Translations under genes and position numbers: made by a program
From: Marsupella aquatica
Lineage: Eukaryota > Plantae > Marchantiophyta
Direction: 5' to 3'
Assembly (NCBI GenBank): GCA_973895155.1
Contig: OZ316897.1
Span: 11,493,832-11,557,831, forward strand
DNA: 64,000 bases
The notes under the pieces: model-generated
Seen by the model: only the letters and a program-made list of their open reading frames with translations
Told to the model about the DNA's origin: nothing
The model's database searches: none
Shown: one piece after another, positions 36,483 through 49,800 of the stretch
Layout of the letters: each line of letters begins with the position of its first letter
Numbering within the stretch: the first letter of the stretch is position 1

Positions 36483-37902
36483 AGGGGGCTTTACGAGACA
36501 GTGGGGGCAGTTCAGTGTCTCTCAAACCAAAGCAAAGTTGAAGGCCAGCTACTCTACAATTATAATGCTTGAGCCAAATTGTGTGAAGTAATAAGTGCAA
36601 TTCCCTGAAAGTTTTATTTTTTTGACCGTCTCAAGAGGAGGTTTAAGGTTTTGCCAAAGAACCATGTACACATCAGCAAACAAAAAGGGACCCACAAGGG
36701 GCCTATTGGACAAATGACTAAGTTGAGTAATGACCATCCTTTTGTTGGCTGAGGCAGTTGGGTTAGGGCTTTTAGTCAATTTCCTCTTCATGACCCTCCT
36801 ATGTTGTTCACCTCAGTGCTTCACCAAGCGTTTCAGTACGACTGGCTCAGTACGGCTCTTGTTCTTTGGCCATGTGGGCTTCTTGGGTTTTTAGCCCTTG
36901 CCTTTTCCCAGTTTTTCTCTTTGTTTTTCCCCTTTATTGTTTGCTCATTCAGTTTACAAATAGGTTTGATGAACTTTAATAAATGCAAATCCATAAACTG
37001 AACTAGCCAAAGTATGTTTGTACCACTTGTCCTGGTGGTTTGCAATTCTAGGCAAATTAAACACTCCACAATAGCATTTACTTGAGCTCATAGCTGAATG
37101 TGCTCCTGAGTTCTTGTAAAGTATTTCCAATCATTATAAGGTCCAATTAAAATACCCAGAGGGAATAAAAAGAACAATGGCCCCTTGATGTCTTGTAATG
37201 CCACATTAAGAGGCACAACTTGGAACATGATATAGAGCTAGACTCTCTCTATACTATTAATCACGACGGACAACAGTCTAGCAGGGGACATAACCACTCC
37301 AAGGGGCAAGTGTATCTAGGACACCTACTCAACAGGCCCATTTTATTCTCGCCTGTATTTGAGTCCAAAGATTGGGTAGTCAAGCTTGTACACTTAAATA
37401 AGGGAGTGTGCCTAGTTTTATGGAGTGACACTAGACTAGCAGCCCAGTTGGAAACAGACATTTCACTGCAGGAGGTTCCTGTTGTCCATCACCTGGCTGA
37501 GTGTTTGCTCATGCGTTTAGCCCCACTCAAGCAGTTTTATCTCTAACTAGTGCTCCCCACCTCAAACCACTTCACAGCTATGACACCTGACTTGGTTTGA
37601 GAAAACCATGTGTTTGTAAAACCACTGTTTAGGGGGGCTTTACAAGATGGTGGGGGCAGTTCAGTCTCTCTCCATCCAGAGCAAAGCTGATGGTCATTTC
37701 CTTCCACAAAAAAATGCCTGAGCCAAAATGTGTCAGGTTTGAAAGTAACCAATGCAATTCCCTGAAAATAAGCGGGCCGTTTGCTCCAAGTTTTTAGACC
37801 ACCTCAAGAGGAGGTTTAAGTTTTTGACAAAAAAGCTTGCACACCTCAGCAAAAAAAGGGACCCACAAGGGGCCCACTGACAGATGACTAGGTTCGGTAA
37901 TG
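36483..37902 (-). repeat. Two diverged copies (~36483-36732, ~37631-37902) of a decayed coding-like segment, probably TE-derived
   Basis: Shared 'gtgggggcagttcagt', 'tgcaattccctgaaa', 'ctcaagaggaggtttaag' and 'aaaaagggacccacaaggggcc'. Minus-strand peptides TELPP.S.KAP, PLVGPF and LKPPLE occur in both copies. Confidence 0.75.
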
Positions 37903-38046
37903 CTTTTAGTTCATTGTGCCCCCAAGTTCATGTAAAGTGAAATGTGGCCAGTTCCCACATATGAATGGCTAGGATTGCATCTTTCACTTAGAAAAAAAGG
38001 AATTGCTGCCCCCAAGTTTTTGTAAAGCCACCCTTACTTATCATGT

Positions 38047-38174
38047 GTCTGGAGTTCGAGCCAGTTGTAACCTGGAATGCGTAGTGTCATAGTCGAGTCT
38101 AAAGCTCAATTGTAACCTGGACTGTGCAGTTATCATTGTCCAGTCTGGAGCTCAATTGTAACCTGGAATGTGCA
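38047..38174. repeat. ~45-50-bp tandem repeat, 3 copies
   Basis: 'gtct(gg/aa)ag...ttgtaacctgga.tg.g.a' occurs three times. Confidence 0.85.
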
Positions 38175-40267
38175 AGCGATGGAGTATTGGTGGCATGCAT
38201 ATCAACAGGTGCTGTAATCTCGAATGAAGGAAGTTGACATTTCTTTCAGAGTTCTCGAAGGTATCCAGGTTATTTCATTGGTTTTTTGATTTGAAATACT
38301 TTGTGGCTACAGTAACCAGAGTTTGAAGAATGGTTGTGTCAGCATTGACTGAGTCTTTCTTTTTGGTTCACAACAGGGATTATGCCAAACGACAGCTCTG
38401 CTGGTCAGGGCAAAAACAAAATTTAGTGGCCAAACGCTCTTACCTTGCAGTAATAACCACGGCCACCTCTGCTAGTCTGCAATTAACAAGGAACTCGTCT
38501 GATGCTGGAAGTTGGGTGAACGCCAAACGCTCAACCTATCAGCATTCAAACCTATTGCGTACCGTGCACGGGTCATATATCACTTCAAAACCAAACTGGA
38601 ATGGTCTAGTACAGTACTGAATTGAGAACTAAGCTGTCATAAAATGAAAATTGTGTTCATTAAGCAGTACTTAGAAACAATGCTGCAGTGAAACAACAAT
38701 GCAGGAGGCGTTTCTCCGTATCACAAAAGTGAAAATAATAAAATGGGACATAAGTTGTGATGTGAGTACAAAGTAAGGGGATGGCACCAAGGAATTGAAG
38801 GTGATATCAACGCAGAGACGAACCATTGCTACGACCGTTGACATTTTGAGCCTTGAGCCAAGTAAATGCTTTTTCTTCCCAAGAGTGCTCAAGCTCAACA
38901 ATTGCGCGCAATCTCAAGGCTTCACGTTCACCACCAATAATCTAGTGTCATCCATTTCGTAATTGGCCAAGCCTTGGCAGAGCTCAACTCTGATTTGAAT
39001 CCGTGACAACTACCTTAAACCTTACACAAATGAGAAATCCATAGAACTTTGTATTCTCATCGTGGCCCATTGCCTCTTTGCGATACTGGCTCTGAATATA
39101 CATCACAGTCCAAAAAGGGAGTCACATTTAACATCATCAGTGTAGGATCCACCCCTCAACTCTGTCCCAACGTAACACAACCACCAGAGACAGATTTCTG
39201 TGCCCATCTCGAAGGGATTTCGGATCTGACATAGATGGGTGGAATATGAGGGAGGTGCATCTCATCTCCTCTCGTAATATGTTTATGTACTACTATGAAA
39301 TGGACTGAATTAAAGAAGGCAGCTGGTAAACCTGGAACTCTGGATCCAGGCGAGACAACCTCAATATATCCAAAAGAGACCTTCCATTGGTGTGTAAACT
39401 AGGAAAAGATATTCTCGAGCCAGAAGTCAACATAAACAATATCAGGGGATAATCTCAGGGAAAGTTGTGGCTGGTTGTGAAAAGACTGCTCAGACTGCTA
39501 TTTACTACAATCGACAAGAAATGACATTCGACATCACCCGAAACAGAATCCAACGAACAGCTCCTCGCGTATTTGAGATGCATCCATTAAAGACTGGGAT
39601 AGAGTTAAGCGGTATGATTCTGAAACCCGGCGTCTTAAAATCTGCAGTATCAAGTTATGTGCTATATTACCAAGCTGATTTGAAATCAACCTTGCTGATG
39701 GTCTAATTTAGTTCTTTCAATAATTACCCAATCAGTTCAAAATAGATACAAATGAGATCCTCACTGCATTGAGCTCAGTAGAATAGTAGCATAAAAGCCA
39801 TGCGCCTTGAGTTGAGACCCTGCCTTTGCTGACTACAACTCGGTGTGGGCACAATGTCATGCATGCACATGACTTTGGTAACCCAACTATTTAGAACCAA
39901 AATTTGGTTTAGAAATTTCCTGGATTTAAAACCACTTTCAACTGTACAATAAAATTCTGTAAAGCTAATATTGCTCATGACCTATCCGAAATTTGCGGAA
40001 GAAACGCCGACTCGGACCTTCCAGATAGTCTTTGGTATAAACTCTTTGATGTGTACAGTAACGTTGTGTTAGAATCTGGGAGACCCAATGTACCAAAACT
40101 CAAAACTGGCCGGCTACCTGCAGGTAGAAAGGGTGACTCTGGCAAGAAAATCAGATACATCCCTCTTTCTATACATGACAATGGCAGTGGGGGACTGAAT
40201 TGTCCTCAATCAACGAAGAGGATGACCCTCTTGGTTGTCATAACTCTGAACTTGTTGTACAAGATTC

Positions 40268-43200
40268 TCACGAACCTGCCCTTGGACTGGGTGATTCACA
40301 TCCACGCTCAATACACTGCGTCCATAGAAGAAATGGATGTTAATAACCAATCTCTTACAGAAGTGGCGAGTACTCTGCATTGCATTAACTCATCTCTACT
40401 TAGCTACCCTCAACAGCGGTTGCTCGGTGTTTTTTGCTAGAATAAACAACAGACACTGGAATTCCCGAGTCCAACATACCTGCAAAAGGTAGCCATGCAA
40501 CCAATCTAGCGTTTGAGGGAATGTGGTTGCTGAAATGTCCACCACCTTCATTCCCTGCAAAATTCATTGCACAAGCAAATTCTTGGTTCAGAAAACCTAT
40601 ACAAAAACTTGTCCAGCAACTGAGAGAATAAATCACCGACATACGCGGATGGCCCAAGAGGTGTGAATTCAACGAGAGTCCTTGAGGCCTGCAGTGGTAA
40701 AAACGACGGAGGCAGAGAAATTTGAAGGAGACCTGAGATTCAAACGAGCACAAATAGTCCTGGATAATCCGCAATTTTTTGACAAGAGCCGCCTTCTCCT
40801 GTGACAGAACCAAAATATACCTCAGCAGCAGAAATTCAAATCTAGTAAATTCCGGCAAAAATAATCTAAACATCAACCAACCCTAATGGCAGCAGGATCC
40901 GAGATGAAATGACCAATATCTTAAATCTAGACGCAATGGAGTAGAAAAGAGAACGAGACTATAATAGATATAATAGCCGTGAAAAGGACGAAAGAGGTAG
41001 AACTCAAACCCCATGAGCAACAACGGCACAAGAACATACAGAAGAATGAGAAACATACTTCGAGAGTTTCAGTTCCATCAAACGATCTACACGCTATCCA
41101 TTCTTCTAGAAGAGTCTGGGAACAAAGTAAAACCAAGAAAAACGTAGTTAGACATTAACTGATATCAACAGCTGCCAGATAATAGATAATCTGAAGGAAA
41201 AATGTTCAACCACTCTTCGAGTGTCCTAGCTATATAGCAAGATTACCTGGTAATCAATATCGGCCATCTTCAGAACTATAGGCACAACTATGGCCTGGGT
41301 TGGAGGTTTCAATGATGGTATGTTTTCAGCTTCATCACGTTGCTGTGGCTCCATTTCATCTCGATTGCCTCCGGAAGAACTCGGTCCGTTGTCTGTATCA
41401 AACCCCAAGACAAAGCCTAGATGGTAAGGAGTTGTACATGTCGAGAAACCCTTGCCAACTGTTGGGCGGAGGCAAGCGTTTAATCAACTTATCCTGTGTA
41501 CGAACCATGGGGAAATGAGATGCCGTATTCAAACAAAAGTAAGAGATGAACATAAGAGGATGAAGACGGCAGACAATAGATTACAAGTTTAAAAAACTTC
41601 ACCTTCACTACTACGACAGTCTCCATTGGATGCCTGGATTGACGAGCTTCCATTGACGTCAGCACTATTCGGTTTTTCTTGCTCACTACTTACGCCTTTG
41701 GCTTTTCTTGAGAAATGGTCTCGATTGCCATTTTCGACCAAAGCTTTCAATGCGTGTGTAGTCCCCAGGTCAGAGCTGCCTGGAGCTCTGGCCGGCTGTG
41801 TTGTCCCGGGCTCCGAACTGTTTGACACTGTTCGTAGGGCACAATCAATCGGCTCGACAGGGGCTAGTCTTGCCTCCTTCTCCAATGCCACATCTGTTCC
41901 ATTGTTTTCATCCATCAAGTAGATAGACGGATCTAGATGAACTCCCTGCAATTGGATCGGACATACAAATGAATGTGGTTTAATTGCTTGTGGAAAGTCT
42001 TTGTTAGGACTTTTACACCAAGAAGTTACGCACTTGCAGATCAGACACATACGTACTTCAATTATCACGGGCTTTCCATCTTTCATAGCTTTCGACAAAT
42101 CCCCGTGTAGTCCTGGATACATACGAAACGCGTTGGCGTTAGCTATCGTGACGCATACAACTGATTTAAGGTTCGTATCGATTAGCGTACATTAATGCCC
42201 CTGTCAGAGTCTTGCCATGCGAAGCAAAGAACGATTTTCAGTCTCACGGCATCTATCTTGAACAATTCCTGATGCTCAAGGTCCTCCAGTAGAAATAAAA
42301 TAACCTTTACGAACGATTCGGCACTCTCTGCGAAACTCCGTAATAAGTTCCTCGGGGGATGAGAAGTCTCTCGCCCAGACCGGAGTAGCAGCAAGCGGAG
42401 CACTGTTCCACACAACATAAAAACCAAAATTGTCATAGACGAAAATTTCTGCCGAAATTAAACTTAATTACAAAATATGGAGAGTGCCGAGCTATTTGAA
42501 ACATAGCATCATATTTCCTCACAAATTGAATAAAACTCCCTGAAGAGGCAAAACTCGTACTCTGTGGCCGTGCGCAGGAGCTCGTAGACCATGTCTGTCT
42601 GCAAAACCACGCATACCAAGAACATATGTACTTATAATATCCAAAAATAGCAAACGAGTGCTCTCTATCCATAAATAGAGGAACGGATTTGTGCTTCAGA
42701 AAGGCAACCTGCAACACGTTGGGAAGATTCAGGCGCTGCGCAAGTTGAGTTGCAATTGTTGATTTTCCCACACAAGCTGCTCCACAAACCAATATGATGA
42801 GAGGAATTCTTTGATGATGAAATCTGCGAGAAGCATTTCAGGGATTTGTTAAATTCTAATTTAGACATCCGCAAGAGTAGGTCGTACTGTTGAGTAAGGT
42901 TCTACTGTCTTGTTTGCATCCATGTAAACAATGCACATATTATATCAATAGAATCTAGGCTGAACATAATTCAATTTGTTAAAATGGCTGGGATTCTCAA
43001 ACTATTCCATAATGCAATATTTCATCACCACACTGCAGTCCAGTGCAGAAACCTGGTCATCATCTTGTAGCGATCGATATATTCTGCACCATATCCTCGT
43101 CGTTCCATTAGCTGCAGCCAGAGATGTATCGAGCAATTGGAATTTATTAGCCTTAGGATGTGAATATAGGCTCTTCATAACTGTATTACAATATAGAGGA

Positions 43201-44729
43201 GAACCAGACCAGGAACTCAAGCAAACAGATTTCTTCGTTGTAGGAATCCAAGAGAGGGGAGCCCTTCATCCGTGCAACAGAACTTAATCCACACAAACAT
43301 CCTCTAGCTCGAGCTACTGACAAGTCCAGGAGGCAAAATTGAACAATTGGTATGTAAATATTTGAAAACCAAAGCAGCTTCGCACCTTAAAAAGATTCAC
43401 CTCAAGATCCAACTGCGATCTGCAACCAGGTCCATATTCACCAGAGATGACAGATTAGAGAAATATGTACGTATTGCTTGATTAACAAATGTAGCTACAA
43501 CTTTGAAATAACGCTGTTCGAAATTTGTATGTCAGTAGAAACCAGCAAACCACCACCAACAGTAAACGAAGGGCACCTACACGTCGAGGAGACTGTTGTC
43601 AATGAGTAGCTTCTTTAGCTCCAATGCAATCTTTATGGCCACATGATGTGGTATCTGATGAAAACTTGAAGCAGACACATATTAGAATGTGTGCTAGGAG
43701 GAAACAAACTACTCCAGTCCGAGGGAAAAATAACAAATGGATGTAAACTCTGTAAATGCGAATAAACTGTCCCCAGTCGATGATGAACGGCAGGAAAAAC
43801 GTTAAGGAAACTTAATTGATGCATTCTTCTCGCTGAGATTCGTAGTCAGATATGTGGTGTTCTATTGAGAAATTGAGAAACTGACCTTGGTCACAGTCAG
43901 CATTCGGCTGACAAGAAATCTTGACAGAACATAGTAGTGATCTGAATTGTCACCAAGCCAAACACGAACCTGCCATATACACGATACAGGAGTTTTCGTT
44001 CAGGGCTGACCCCAAGTAGGTGTTACCTACAAAACACCTCTGTGGAGTGGACATAAGCATATACTCCATTAACGGTGCTGTTCATAACAACCCTTGCGTC
44101 ACCTGCAAAATCATTCGCAATGAAGCCGGCCTGGATATTACCTTCACAAAGTCATATTTGGATGACGTATGACGCGGAGGTCGACTAGCAGGGTGCCTCG
44201 GGGATATGGGATTGCGCTTCTCCGCCACGGCTACATCAGTTTCTGAAACTGCAGGCCTGATGCGGCATATGCTTGCCTGAGACTTGTGAGAAGGATCGGC
44301 GTCAATGCAAGTGTGAAAATCTCTTGAAGGTCAAATAAACATCGTGCATGCCACACAACGGAAAGGATGATGAAGCGTAACGAAAAGTCGTAACCTCAGA
44401 GCCGAGCAGGAATTGAATTCCTAAAGAAGTTGCATCGACCATAGTTGTCTAGAAACTTGAGACCAAAGATGTGTCCATGATTGAATTAAAGATTTAGGCG
44501 AGCCTAGTTCCTGAGAAGATGTCTGTGACAAAATATACTTAAATACAGCACAACCGACAGCAATGAACAGCCAAAGAAGCACTGGAGCATCCGAAACGGA
44601 ACGACTGGACCATGCGATTGCATTGTGTAATTCAAAAGCAAAAACACACCAAGGCCATCGCAGATCCCTAGAACCCTCACCTGCTTTGACAAAACCTTCA
44701 GTTTGCCTGGATCGGAAGTGTTCCTCCAT
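40268..44729 (-). CDS. LPA1-like P-loop NTPase (2-phosphoglycerate-kinase-related), ~16 coding exons
   Basis: Exons 44729-44681 (first exon inferred from phase), 44248-44142, 43969-43886, 43654-43581, 43419-43386, 43111-43053, 42823-42709, 42598-42561, 42402-42305, 42112-42057, 41945-41603, 41416-41247 (acceptor ambiguous), 41115-41059, 40798-40733, 40554-40480 and 40315-40268. Motifs SSKYDFVKVRVWLG, YVLSRFL, LELKKLLIDN, Walker A GAACVGKST, TDMVYELLR and IIEGVHLDP. Confidence 0.9.
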
Positions 44730-46849
44730 ATCTCTTTCTCCTTCGCTAGAGCACCGGAGTGCTTCCCGCGCGTAGTCTTTTTTTCTTCTTCTCCGTGATC
44801 TGCCCAGTTAACCCTGGCGTACATGACTGGAAGCACAGAACTCTTTGCAAAGATAAACTGGCAATGACTGCCACCACACCTCTCTTGTCTTTTGCAAGCG
44901 AAACAGAGGAGCGTCACTACACAAATTGAACTCAGATTGAAGAACGAATCAGAAGAAAAATCTCAGTGTGTGTCACTCTTCTCCCCCGGACCAGTTTGAT
45001 CCCGACCTACATTACACCATCCGAGTTCCAGGGAAAACCCGCAGATCTGTGTGGAACAGGATGACAAGCACCATGAAATAGGTACAGATTTGGCCCAAGA
45101 TCCAGAGTAATTGAACACAATGAGAGACCATATTCGCTCCAAGTGGTTATCAAGCAATGCCCGCCCCGCCCGCTGAATCACTTCGACAATTGTACACAAT
45201 TCTTCGCTCAATTTGCTGCGAGAGTCCTCTCAATTTGGGCCACCTTGAACGCAAGTCTCGTCTTCCTCGTGCTTCCATCAAGCGACGGTGGGCTTACACT
45301 GTAAGGCTCAGACCGAGGCCGTAACGTAAAACCGCGTTGGACTCGGCCAGATTACCCCCAGATTACCACACCTCATTAGGCTCTGTAAACATCTCCAAAA
45401 CCCAGCCCCTCCACCAACCAGAGACCGCCACAAACACAGAAACGCCACGCCATGTCATTGTAACAACGCCACATATATCGGTGTTGATGTCGCGAGCCGC
45501 TAAACTTAGTTAAGCCTTCAGATCCAAGCCGTTCATCTCTAGAATGAACGGTAAAGATCTAGGAGCTAGAAACTGGCACGACGACGGGAAAGTAATGATT
45601 ACGGCAGGTTTCCACCGCTAAATGAGCAAGAGAAGTATTCGGGATGTTTAGGGTGGGCGTAATCTCAGCGAGCATTACAGGGGGTGTTGGGGGAGCGTGA
45701 CACATGCAGAGTGTAAAACAGTACACTTCGTTATTGATTGCTCACGAGCGTCGTGAGGAGCGCAGGCGCCTCCGTGTGGCTCTGGACAACAAGTAGTCCG
45801 TGGGAAGATGTCACCAAGAACAGTAAATGTCTAGTAGTGTGGAGGTGGCGGAGACTCGGCAAGTGAGGCGGGCGGAATCTGTTCTAAGCAGCCTTAGTTG
45901 ACTGGGGAAGAACGGTAAGTGATGGAACATATTCCTTCGGCCATGCTTTCGTGACCTCAGTCGTCGGACTATTCGTTATCTCGCAGCGCCACCGGTTGTA
46001 TACCATTCCTTGTTGCTTTGATCAGGATGTGATTGATTCTCTGGACAGGTGCGTTTTTATCAATTTAGGGGGCCGGGCTGAGGACTCCCCGCCGTTCCTC
46101 CGCGCTTCGCGCGCTCTGTTTCCTCGTCGATCCTGTGAATTAAAGTTTTCTTTTGTCCGATTTCAATAAGAGAAGAAAGAGGAAAAGGGAGAAAGCGAAC
46201 AAACGCAATTCCGTGTGCTTGTCACGAGGCGCGAATGTACGCGAAGAATTCGTTGCTGGAGTTATGATGAGACGAGTGTTTAAACATTGGTGCTGTAATT
46301 TAAGCTAGACTGCTTTTTTGAATTTATCATACTTTTTAAGTATAGTCAGACTGTAAGCAACACGACCAAGGGAAGTGGGGCCGGAAGCCGCGTTGCTTTA
46401 GATGCTCCTTTTGACGAAAAGTGTAGATGTCTGTCACTCTGTTGTCAATGGAGTGTTGTGCCCCGTGTGAGGTGCATTTTTGAAAGTAGGAAAAATGATA
46501 AAGACACTCTTGGCAGAAGGCGGAGGATTTCTTGTCCAGAAGATGTTTTTACCCTAAAATTGTTTCTCATATCTTCCGCAGAGCTATTGGCTGGAGTCGA
46601 CGTGTCAACTTGCCAAAACCTCACGGTGAATTCCGTGCCGTCGGGACTTTTCAATGCCAATCATCTTCCAGTTGCAGGCGAATTCCAAATTTGCAGACCT
46701 GAATTGAAGGAAAAATCGTTCCGGCTACTCATTGGCTGGTCTTTATTCTCCTGATCGTCACAACTGGTCGGATTACTCATTGGTCTGAACGAATTTGAAT
46801 TTCGACTTGAGAGAACAGCTGAGGAACGAGGATTTGAGAAGCTGGCGAC

Positions 46850-49800
46850 ATGGGCGCAAGAACCGCGGACTCTGTGTTGACTGCCTCTGCTCTGGTGGAA
46901 TCTTTGAGCAAAGTCTCAGCAAATGCAGTGCCTGGGCTTGTGGACGCTCTCCTGCTCACGACTCAATGCTCCCCATCCTCTCTTCTTCTGGGCCTGTTGG
47001 AATACTTTCCAGACGTATTTGCGGTATGTGCGCAGGTGCCTTGTCCACTCCCCCGGGTTGCTGCTAAACTCAAGCTGCGATCTCTGCTCGCATTGCTTGT
47101 AAAGTGCGGTGTCAATGGTTCCGCGGTCGGGCAGCATCGTATAAAACTGACAATGGCTGTTTCGATTGTCAGGTCAGGAATTCTTGGTCACAGAATTCGA
47201 ATGCCATGCACTGAGGTTTAGCTAGGGTTTATGTACAGCCGTGGGTCCAAAGCGTGTGAGGGTAAGCTGATCGCTGAATCCTGTGTGCGAATGCGACCAA
47301 TCGAAGTGCTTCCTAGCAATGCCTGGCTTAATTTGGAAAAGTTTGGAGGTAGAAATGAATGTTCTACTGAGTCACTGCTGACCGTTCAAGACAGACCTCC
47401 GTGATTAAGCTCCGATTACCTTTTTCTTCCTGCACTGAAAAGGATAAAATTTTAGACCCGGATTTCCCCTTTCTATGTTTACAGAATTGTTAGGAGTTCC
47501 CCTATTTTTGAGGTGTTCGCCTTCTGTTGTATCGAGTCTTCATTCTGCACCCGTTGACAAGAGGGTCGACAACCCTGAACTCAGAATAACCTCTTGTACT
47601 CTTCTGTCGAAAAATGGATCGGACCCCTACGGTCCTTTCAGAATTTTTACTCCATCGATCCGTACTCTTTGTAGTGTTCTGGCCGTGACCATCGTAGATT
47701 CTTCCCTTATGGTACTTTCATCCGTTAACTGCGTTTTCTGCGCAAGTCTATCCTCATAGGCTTTGGATATTGCGAAGGTATCCACGTGCATGGGTTTTGA
47801 ACTTTGCAGATGTCACGTATATCTCCAGTCACAGTTCGAAACTTTTTCTTGGAATCTCTTAGGAAATTTCAGTATCTTACCTGTCTTGGAAACTGCAATT
47901 CCCGGTGAAGAGATGGGCGTCCACACCTCATTAGCGAAGCCGGTAACTAGTAATCCCGTGAATATGGTGCTTAATTCGTTATTAATTTTGATGAGCGGTG
48001 TCGTTTTCCTTCCGGCAGCATGCAAGGTGTACTTGGAAGTCATAGGTGGAGGAAGAGGTGCTCCCTCTTGTTCGATTTTGAAGGAAGCAAATATTGTTCT
48101 CGATGAATTTGAAGGTGGAAAATTGAAAAACAACCGAGCGTTCACAAAGCGGGCCGTAAGTCCCATCGGCAAACAACCGAAATTTAACTTTGAGTTTTCC
48201 CAGTAAGAAGGGGAATTTGAGCTGGTGGTTTTGAAATATATAAAAAGTCTCGAATTTTGAAGTGAAGTGCGGTCTCGGAAGGATGTTTTGAAAGATAAAC
48301 ACAACCCCCGGGAGAGATCGATGCTGGGATTGAAAACCTTCGTTCCGTTATAATGCCCCGTTGCTTCCAAGCTTTTCTTTCGTGTTATCTTAAACCATCG
48401 CGTCAGTCTTTCCCATGCTATCGAAGAGGGCTGCCTTATCCTTACTCGGACAATCCTGTAGCAAGTTGTCCTGGACGCCAGACAGGAAGTATACGCGATT
48501 GAAGGTTTCAAATTCGCAAATAGGACGTCGATGAGATTCGTTTACAAGTTCTGAGATTGTTGTATTGGTTGAATGGTCAGAGAGGTGTAAGTGAGGCGGG
48601 ACCCGTACCCGTGAAACGAGACGTAGATTTGTTCCATGCATATCTCGCAGGAGTAGTGCACCTATTGAAAAATAAAGGTACGTCAAAATTCCAACCGGTT
48701 TTCGCTTGCTAGCACGTTATGGTTGACATGTTGCATTTTACAAGTAGTCGAAAATTTCTATTGCAAGTCTAAAATATGTGAACGTGTTTACGGCAGACAC
48801 TGAAGAAGAGGATTTATTGAGGGTACTTTGGACGGTCTATATTCCTGTGCTCCGCAGTAGAGAACCCGACGTATCAATTCTTCAAATTCAGGTGTCGTCT
48901 GTTGTCCTTCACTCTGCTTGCACAATCATGTAGAACAGAGGAATCGATGTAGTGCTGTCCTTGATTACTGTCTCTGGGTCTCGAGCAGGAGTCATGTGAT
49001 TACTTTCGAATCTGTTGCTAAAAGGCATCGAAAGACTTCGAAGGCTATGTGCTCAAGCTGTGAATGGCAATGTCATTTCAATGTTGTAATTTATAGTACA
49101 ATATTATTGACAAATACATTCTGACTTCAATGGTGTAATATAGGTAGCAGAGATGCTGGCAGATGCCACGGCGGTACGCCGGGATTGGGATGCAGTGAAA
49201 GAGTCTTTGGTACCGCTGTGTTTGAACTCCCTTTATCCTTCGTCTTTGTTGAAACGGGAAACTCCTTCAGCGGACGGCCTGAGATACATTGTGTACAGTG
49301 GTTGGCAAAGACTGGAGAAACGGTACAACGTTATTTCTACCCGGAGCGCTGTGAATGTTCATGACGAACTTCTCTCGTTCTATGCTGCGACTCAGCTGGT
49401 GGCCATCTTATTGGGTTCAGCGTTGGAAGCTTCACCGCCTAAAATGCCTACTGAGTCCGATGAAATGGAAACGAACGGTTATATCACTGTTCCGCGGAGA
49501 TTTTCTGAAGACATGGTTTCAGTATTTCTGGCGCCAGCGTTGGCAGAGCTCGCGCAACCACTGGATGATTCTCTTCGTCGCTGCGCCATGCAAAACCTTT
49601 TGCCTCCTCTTCTAAAAGCGGCTGATAGATATGGATGGTTAGACGATGTCTCTCCGGAGAAGAGGACTGTTGAGACCAGGTACAGTGGCGCTGTAGATGA
49701 ATATATCCTTTCATGTATTGACTTCTGATTTTGACCTGTCCCGTAATTCCCTTCCATTTGTCTTGGGGACCTCAATGAAATCCTGAAGAAGGACTGATCG

